From contig JAIVFI010000055.1 in assembly GCA_025558095.1 (NCBI GenBank), forward strand, positions 1 through 17,650: a stretch of DNA of 17,650 nucleotides, given 5' to 3'. Shown piece after piece: positions 11,197 through 17,650 of this stretch. The first letter of the stretch is position 1. Each line of letters begins with the position of its first letter. The notes beneath the pieces are model-generated. The model was not told the origin of the DNA. It saw only the letters and a list, made by a program, of their open reading frames with translations, and did not search any database. The translations under genes were made by a program, and so were the position numbers. This DNA comes from Hyaloraphidium curvatum SAG 235-1. Taxonomy: Eukaryota; Fungi; Monoblepharomycota.

Positions 11197-11893
11197 TGGT
11201 GCCGTGGTGCGGCGGGAGGTCAACGATTGGCTGGTTGTGCCAATGGCCGGCCGAGGTGTGACCGTTTGTAGGCTCGGAAGTCTTGCGGCGATGCGCCAAT
11301 CGACGTCTGCTTTGCGCCAATGGCCGGACCGCCGTCGCTCTTGTATGCAACCCCCCGTACAGCCAGGCGTTCGCCAGAAAATGGCCCGCACTTGCACCAT
11401 GACGAGTTTTGGTCTGACTCTGCCGAAGATTGGGCGACCGGCAAGGAGCGGCCACCGCAGCTTGCAACACCACCGCGCCTCGCCGCAAGTCGGCAAGGAC
11501 ATCACATCGGTCTCCCAGCAGGAGGCGAGTGTGACTACGAACATCCGCTGGATATCCCCTCGTGCCAGGGCACAAGCTTGTGTGTGCCGATCCGCCTTGC
11601 CTCTGCCGATACCAACTCTGCTGCTTGCAGAGCTTGGGTCGCCCAGCGAGCCTATATGGTGGTTCTCTCTGCACCAAGGGGTATGAGCCCCTACTCGCAG
11701 TCACGGCGCGCGCGTTCTGCGCACCCGAACAGATACCAGCTGGACAGGATTCCGACGGACGCCACCCTTTCCGGCCTTCATTCCGGCGGCGAAAAGAATG
11801 GGACATGCAAACGCGTGCTGCTTTTGTGAGTGTGATTGCGTCCATTGTCGGCAACATTGATTTCGCATGCGCGACACGAGCCTCCCCCCCCCC

Positions 11894-12976
11894 CTACGGC
11901 CCCGTCCGTAGCTCCCTCTCCAGCTCCGCCAGCAACCCCGCCATCTTCTCCCCGTCCGCCAGATCCAGCCCCATCCCCTCCGCCCTGCCCTCCAGCACCA
12001 GCCTCCTGAGCAGCCTCTCCCTCGCCGCCAGCCGCACGATGTAGTCCCGCGCGCGCAGGACGACGGAGGAGCGCGTGGCGGAGGAGGCGCCGGGGACGGC
12101 GGCGGCGAGCAGGCGGAGCTCGGCCGCGAAGGCATCGCGGCGGCGCTTCTCGATCGTCTGGATGGATGAGGGGAGGGAAAGCGAAGCAGTGGTTAGATTC
12201 GGTTTGAGAGCGGGGCGGGACGGCACGGTACGCACGCTCTTCTTTATGGTCCTTCCGCGCGGTGCGAGCGGCGCCGGGTCTGGGGGGGGCGTCCGCATCG
12301 TGTACGGCGGAATCAGAGCGTCCAGCGGGGATGCGCAGCGGGATGGATCCGCCGGGTTCGGGCCTGTCGAGGGCGACAGGGGAGGGGAGGGGGGTGCCGA
12401 AGCGGACTCGGAGGCCGACTCGGTGCCCTGGGCAGGTTCGAGAGCTTCGGCCTCCGCGGTGCGCTGTTCCATGGCGGCAAGGAGGGGTGCAAAGTCGGAG
12501 GATGCGCTGGAGAGGGGTGCCGGCGGGGTTTGGATGGGTGTTTGGGGGACGGGGTGGCCCGCGGCCGGCCGGTCGGCCTCGGGGTTCGGAGGGCCGGTCT
12601 GGCGCAATGATGGCTCCCATGCGGGCGGTGCGTTGAGGGTGACGGGTGCTCCGCCCTTGGCCAGGTAGTCGGCGTACCACTCGCGCCAGGGCCTGCGCGG
12701 GTTCGGGGCCGGCCGGTTTGCGCCCCACGCGGTCGCGGCGGGCGCGGGCGGCGGCGGCGCAGAGAAAGCCGCGTGGCCATAGTATGGCGCGTGCCAGCCG
12801 GCCCCCGCGGCTGCCGATCCGCTGTTTCCCCACGGCGTGCCGGGCGCGGGTGGCGTTGCGCCCACGTGGTGCCCCGCGGGCCCCGCGGCGGGCGGCGGCC
12901 ACCCCGGAGGCGGCCGATATTGCTCGTACGGCGACGTGCAGCGCGGCGGGAGACCGGCGCGCTGCGGGGCGCTCAT
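11894..12976 (-). CDS. bHLH(-zipper) transcription factor with Pro-rich N-terminus; probable in-frame intron 12158-12235
   Basis: IEKRRRDAFAAELRLLAAAVP-loop-TRSSVVLRARDYIVRL matches bHLH basic/helix1/helix2 consensus, followed by a Leu-rich helix. Start uncertain (ATG 12976 chosen; ORF open to 13249). Confidence 0.78.
   Translation of the reverse strand: MSAPQRAGLPPRCTSPYEQYRPPPGWPPPAAGPAGHHVGATPPAPGTPWGNSGSAAAGAGWHAPYYGHAAFSAPPPPAPAATAWGANRPAPNPRRPWREWYADYLAKGGAPVTLNAPPAWEPSLRQTGPPNPEADRPAAGHPVPQTPIQTPPAPLSSASSDFAPLLAAMEQRTAEAEALEPAQGTESASESASAPPSPPLSPSTGPNPADPSRCASPLDALIPPYTMRTPPPDPAPLAPRGRTIKKSVRTVPSRPALKPNLTTASLSLPSSIQTIEKRRRDAFAAELRLLAAAVPGASSATRSSVVLRARDYIVRLAARERLLRRLVLEGRAEGMGLDLADGEKMAGLLAELERELRTGP
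12158..12235 (-). other. Probable 78-nt in-frame, stop-free intron just before the bHLH basic region
   Basis: Donor GTGCGT (same as two other introns in the window), branch CTAAC, pyrimidine tract, CAG acceptor. Confidence 0.7.
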
Positions 12977-14203
12977 CGCGCGGGCGGTGTCAGCAAAACG
13001 CGGCGAGGCCGGTCCCGGGCCGGTCGTCCGGCCACCTTTCCGACGGTTTTGGAGCCCGGGCCCGAAAACGCCGAAGACCTGCGGCGGACGTCGCGCCGGG
13101 ATTATCGCGCACGGGCCACTGTCTGCCGCTGCTGTCCGGGGCGCGAGGGGGCCGGACGGGCCGCGCGCCTTGGGCGCCGAGCTGGCTGATCGAAGTCGGC
13201 AGGGCATCGCCTTCGCTGCTGCCTCTGAAAAGGGGGCGATAGACGACATGCCCGCCGGATCTCTTGCGTTGATATCATTTCGTCAGGAGTGGGTCAGACG
13301 AAGGCGATAGGCTGTCGCGGGACGGAGGCAGACGGTCCATATTTAGGAATGCAGCACTCCTCTCGCTTGATCACCCGCCGTGTCCAGCGCCGAGACAAGA
13401 CAACTTAAAGAGATCATTCCACAACGCTGAAGGATGAACGCGTGGCTCCCCGGATTCGGAAGTGTTTGGCGTCTTTCGTGGCATGGGGTTTGAAGGTGTG
13501 CGAGAAGAACCCGATCCTGAGCTGAGAAGCGCCAAACTGCGATGACGGGGTGGATTTGACGGAAAGAAATGCCGCCGGGCGCGAGCACTTTGGCGCGATA
13601 ACTTAGTGGCATCGATTCACTGCCTCACGTAGTAGACGCTGGCGGATAGGCCTGGCCAGACCAGACTTGCCGCAGACCACGCGTCGGTCGCGTCGGTTCG
13701 GCAAGCGACGGTGGCGGCCGCGGACACATCACTCCTCCAGGGTCACGGGAAAACGTCAGTGAATGTTCCGCGGCGGGAAGTAGGCCCCTCGTGAGCAACA
13801 GAATGTGCGGCCTGGTCAGGGCCAGCAATTCCCGCCATGCAGCGTTTCGCACGGCCCCCGCGGGCATCGGGCAACGTTTTCGGGCTGGAACCTTTCTTCA
13901 GAAACGATGCGGGGCCCGGCAAAGCAACCGGTGCGTGTTTCCACGACGGCGAAACGCGGGTGGAGGCGGCACAGGCCACATGCACCGCACGCGGATTCTC
14001 GCATCCCGGCGCCTGGAGCGCCTGCGGGACCGCTAGCGGCGATATAGTTGAGCAGGCGGCCGTTACGCCGAGGACTGCTCGCCCGGTCGAGCCGGGGTGG
14101 ATGCCCCGCGGGCGCCCAGGGCCCAATCGATTCAGCGGGAACCGCATTTCCCGCCGATGACCAAACCGCGCAATCGGCCGCTCCCAACCCAATCTCCGCG
14201 GCA

Positions 14204-16225
14204 ATGCTGTCCCCGCGCCTTTCCTGCGCGGCGTGCGGGGCGGGCGTCGCGGCGGCGTGGGCGGCGTGCGGGCGGTGCGGCGCGGCGGCCGTCGGGGCGG
14301 CGCGGGCGCCGGAGGGGACTCCCCGCGACCCGTTGGCCTTTTTCCGGGCGCTGGAGGAGTCGGCGGCGCGGTGGGCGGGCGGCGCACCCTTCCCGGCTGC
14401 GACCGGGCGCCGGGCCGCCGGGGACGCGCTGTCCCTCGCCGGGTTCGCGCTGCCCTCGCCGGTCGCCGGCCCGCCCGACGCCCCGCACCTCACGGCCGAG
14501 GCCCGCTTCCTTTTCTTGAAGGCTTTCTCTGACAGAGTCCCGCGGGGTGCCGCCGCACCGGTTCACCCGCGGGCGTTCCGCGCCTGCTTCGTTCGCGGCC
14601 CCGACTCGCCAGACCCGGACGGCTGGTACTTTCGCGCAGCAACAGACCCGCTGTATGTCGACACAATGTGCTGGATCGGGGCTAGGATGGTGCGCTCGGG
14701 GGCACACCCCGGCCTTTTCCTGGGCCGCTATTCGCACGCTCACGACCTGAACGGTACCGTTCGCGCCCTCCAGGCCGTCGTGCAGCGAGGCCTGCGCGAC
14801 AGGCTCGCGGACTTTTGGGCAGACGTCGCGGATGGCATCCGCTCCAGCGCTGCAGTGACCGGGGAGCGCCTGCGGACGCCGGCCAACTACGCCCTGATGC
14901 GGTCGCTCATCGTCTGTGCCGCCTTCTGCTTCCTGCCCATGGGCCAGGTGGTGACCGCACGGGCGACCTTCGCGCTGGTAGCCAGCATGTGGGTCCACAC
15001 AGGCATCGAGGGGACGGGCCCCGCGCGGGCGGCCAGCATGACGGTCGACGACTGGCTCTGCCGCGAGCACTGGGTCCGCACCTTCTGGGTCACGGCCACC
15101 TTCGAGCTCACCCTGGCGGCGGGCTCCCAGACGCGGCCCGCCTTCGACGTGGTCGAGTACCCGAACGTGCCGCTGCCGGCCTCGGACGAGGCCTTTCACT
15201 CGGTGATGCCGTCGGGCGCCGGCGGCCCCGACCCGACGCCGGTCGCCCGGCTCCTAGCCCAGGCACCCTCTTTCCGCGTGCGCGAGGTCTTTGCGTGGAT
15301 GGACCCCTCCCTGGCCCCTCCTTTCCCGGCGGGCGCGCGCTCCATGGTGCTCTTGCGCCTCATCGGGGATGTCGAGCGCAGCATGACTACCTTCACCGCC
15401 GCCATCGACAGCTACCTCCTGGTGCAGGTGCACGCCTTCTGGAAGTGGGCGTCCGAAGACGCGGCACTGCTCCCCCTGGAGGTGCTCGTCGGGGAGCACC
15501 TCCTCTCCGCGGGCGCCGGCTCCTCCTCGCCGTCCCTGCGGCTCCGCGCCGCCGGCATCAGCGAGACCGAAGCCGCCTACATCCTGTCGCACCCGCACCT
15601 CCGCGCCGCCGTCTCCCGCCTCGCCTTCCTCCGCTCGGCCCTGGACGCGCTCGAATCCGCGCTCCCTCCGCGCATCCGCAACTCGGAAGACCCCCTCTCC
15701 GCCCCGCAGCTCGCATCGTTCGACGCCGTGCAGAGGCACAAGCTCCTCGCACACATCGCTTCGGTCCGCCTCGCGGGCATGCTCCTGTCTTCCCCCGGGC
15801 CCCCAGACCAGCTCGCGCAGGACGCGCCCCCGGGCACCCTGGCAGCCTGGTCCGCGCTCCCCGCCTTTGTCGACGCCTCGCAGCGCGCGGTGCTCGTGGC
15901 CCGGACCATGCGCGTGCTGCTGGCCCGCTTCGGCCCGCGGGACCACGCCTCCAACCTGCAGCTCCCCGTCATCTGCTCCGCCGCCTCGCACGCGGGCGCG
16001 TTCCACGCCCTGCTGCTGCGCCGGGGCGGGGACCGGACCGGGGAGGCGAGGGATGGGCTGGCGGCGTGCGCGGGGATGCTGAGGGCCAGCGGGAGGAAGG
16101 ACGCGGCGGAGGCGGCGGGTGTGCTGGAGAGACTGGCGGCGGGTGGGATTGTTGGAGGGGACGAGAGGGAGGTGGTGCTGATGACGAGGGAGGCGGCGGG
16201 GGAGGACGAGGAGGGGGAAGGCTGA
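14204..16225 (+). CDS. Fungal-specific transcription factor domain (Fungal_trans/MHR-like) protein with N-terminal CxxC-x10-CxxC zinc ribbon, 673 aa
   Basis: Long ORF with G/C-ending codons. WLCREHWVRTFWVTATFELTLAAGSQTRP...VPLPASDEAF resembles the MHR core (E.RRRTFW...D....GRP...LP..D..F). N-terminus CAACGAGVAAAWAACGRCG. Confidence 0.68.
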   Translation: MLSPRLSCAACGAGVAAAWAACGRCGAAAVGAARAPEGTPRDPLAFFRALEESAARWAGGAPFPAATGRRAAGDALSLAGFALPSPVAGPPDAPHLTAEARFLFLKAFSDRVPRGAAAPVHPRAFRACFVRGPDSPDPDGWYFRAATDPLYVDTMCWIGARMVRSGAHPGLFLGRYSHAHDLNGTVRALQAVVQRGLRDRLADFWADVADGIRSSAAVTGERLRTPANYALMRSLIVCAAFCFLPMGQVVTARATFALVASMWVHTGIEGTGPARAASMTVDDWLCREHWVRTFWVTATFELTLAAGSQTRPAFDVVEYPNVPLPASDEAFHSVMPSGAGGPDPTPVARLLAQAPSFRVREVFAWMDPSLAPPFPAGARSMVLLRLIGDVERSMTTFTAAIDSYLLVQVHAFWKWASEDAALLPLEVLVGEHLLSAGAGSSSPSLRLRAAGISETEAAYILSHPHLRAAVSRLAFLRSALDALESALPPRIRNSEDPLSAPQLASFDAVQRHKLLAHIASVRLAGMLLSSPGPPDQLAQDAPPGTLAAWSALPAFVDASQRAVLVARTMRVLLARFGPRDHASNLQLPVICSAASHAGAFHALLLRRGGDRTGEARDGLAACAGMLRASGRKDAAEAAGVLERLAAGGIVGGDEREVVLMTREAAGEDEEGEG

Positions 16226-16464
16226 TGTGTCCTGGATTCGGGGGAACGCGAATCGAAAGACCAAGAAGAAGGTTTCTCTGGGTATCCCTCCCACACCTTC
16301 CGCCAGTCATTGAGTGCACCGGCACCGAAGTCAACTGGGCGCAAGACGTGAGCCCCTGGACCGGATGAACAACCAGAAGATCTGTGCAAGCGAATTCGAT
16401 TACGGAGCTCTCTACACTAGATCGCCCGGCTTCTAGGGACATCCGTCCTTTTTCAGCAGCGGCT

Positions 16465-17650
16465 TCAAGCCGAGGCGCTGCCCCAGGCAGGCACCTTGGC
16501 CGACTCGAGCCCGTCCACAAGCCTCTGCTTGATGAACGCGTCCTCCTCCTGGCGCTTCTTGTCCTTGCGGCGCATGGCCAGCAGGACGAAGAGGGTGCAG
16601 CAGGCGGCGAGCAGGGCGAGGGTGCCGATGACGATGGCGGCGATGACGAGGGCCTCGTTGGAGGAGGTGGCGGCGGCCGGCTGGGCGACGGGGGCGACGG
16701 GGGCGGTGGTGGGCTGGGTCTGCACCGCGTTCGGGTTCGGCGGCACCGTCAGGGCGGCGTTGGCGTTCTGGTTGCTCGTGGTGGTCTGACGGAGGGCCGG
16801 GGCGGGCACCTGCACGTCACGGGCGAGGAGACGGCGGCGGCGCTGGCCGGCGGCGGACTGCTGGTCGAAGTAGATGCGGAAGGTGGCGTAGAAGGTGTAG
16901 TCCTGGGAGGGGAAGGGGCGTAAGCGACCGATCGAGTGCAGCCCGCATGCGTCCGCTACTCACGGTGATCGAGTCGAAGTCGTCGGTGGTCAGGAACGAG
17001 TTGTCGTTGAAGTCGACGCCGGCCTGCTTGGGCAGCATGTTCGGCGTGACTTTCATCTCCACGACGTTCGGGTCGGCCGTGGGCAGGTACGTGAAGTTGG
17101 TGTTCACCGCGAGGGTCGAGAGGGCACCGACGGCGGCGGGGCCGGCGGCCGAGTCGACGAGCGTGGTGTTCACATTGCGGGTCACGGTGGTGGCGGCGCC
17201 GATGTTGGGCGTGCGCTCGACCTTGTTGCGGCCGAGGATCATCTTGGTCAGGCGGGCCTCGTAGATGGGCAGGTCGGGCGAGGTGAAGGTGGCCGTGAGC
17301 AGGACGGTGTCGCCGAAGAAGTAGCCCTGGGGCTTGTCCGCAACCATCACGCCGGTGACCGAGGCGACCGTGTTCAGGAGGGCGTTGCAGAGGTCGAGCT
17401 CGAGGGCACCCGAGGGCGTTGGGCGTGCCGATGAGAGCATTGTCCGTGAGGACCTTGCCCGTGCAGGTGTTTGTGTTTGCCGCGCCGGGGAAGCAGTTGG
17501 TATCGAAGTTGAACGCGTAGGTGCCGCCGACGTTGCACACGTCCCCGATGGCGATCTTGAGCTGGCCGTTCTGGTAGCAGAAGTCCTGGGTGGTGAAGGC
17601 CGTGCTTGACGAACCGTCGGTCTTGACGCAGGTGGGCAGGGTGTACGAGA
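16465..17650 (-). CDS. 5'-partial single-pass type I membrane/surface protein: Cys-containing beta-rich ectodomain, RRRR furin/kexin-like site, P/A/T linker, TM, short tail; intron 16903-16963 and apparent frameshift ~17410
   Basis: Joins ORFs 16956..17540, 16817..17440 and 16465..16815: ...TPNALG/ALELDLCN (extra base in CCC 17409-17411)...DFDSIT|DYTFYATFRIYFDQQSAAGQRRRRLLARD...ALVIAAIVIGTLALLAACCTLFVLLAMRRKDKKR...*. Strong C-ending codon bias in the joined frames. Confidence 0.8.
16903..16963 (-). other. Spliceosomal intron (61 nt) in surface-protein gene
   Basis: GTGAGT donor, CTTAC branch-like site, pyrimidine tract, CCCAG acceptor; removal puts the TM exon in frame. Confidence 0.85.

Noticed and set aside
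11197-11893. ORFs upstream of the RING gene, including its 116-aa 5' extension
   Set aside because: No codon bias or motifs; treated as promoter/5' UTR, though a small exon cannot be excluded.
13250-14203. Possible ncRNA, transposon remnant or small gene in the divergent bHLH/TF spacer
   Set aside because: No tRNA cloverleaf, terminal repeats, transposase motifs or biased ORF seen by eye; an Infernal/Rfam scan would be needed.

Overview
A gene-dense, very GC-rich eukaryotic window. Short (51-78 nt) GT-AG introns and a fungal-type transcription-factor domain point to a fungus, probably early-diverging (chytrid/monoblepharid-like; the taxon is an inference). Ten protein-coding genes are supported. 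The left 7.4 kb is a tight cluster of four apparently intronless Golgi-type glycosyltransferase genes: two convergent paralogues encoding a degenerate GT8-like domain fused to a GT64 (EXTL2-like) domain, a GT25 enzyme with a C-terminal PAN/apple domain, and a GT34 (GMA12/MNN10-like) enzyme. Next come an atypical APRT-like phosphoribosyltransferase with a Cys-rich tail, a four-exon calmodulin-like (4 EF-hand)-DUF924 fusion, a transmembrane RING-H2 protein with a ~100-aa insertion in the RING, a bHLH factor, a Fungal_trans-domain protein with an N-terminal zinc ribbon, and the 3' part of a single-pass surface protein with a furin-like site. A 1.07-kb C/A-only tract and five apparent 1-2 nt frameshifts (four in G/C runs) most likely reflect sequencing or assembly errors, so the supplied ORF track misplaces several gene ends. 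All family calls come from motif recognition by eye, not database searches.
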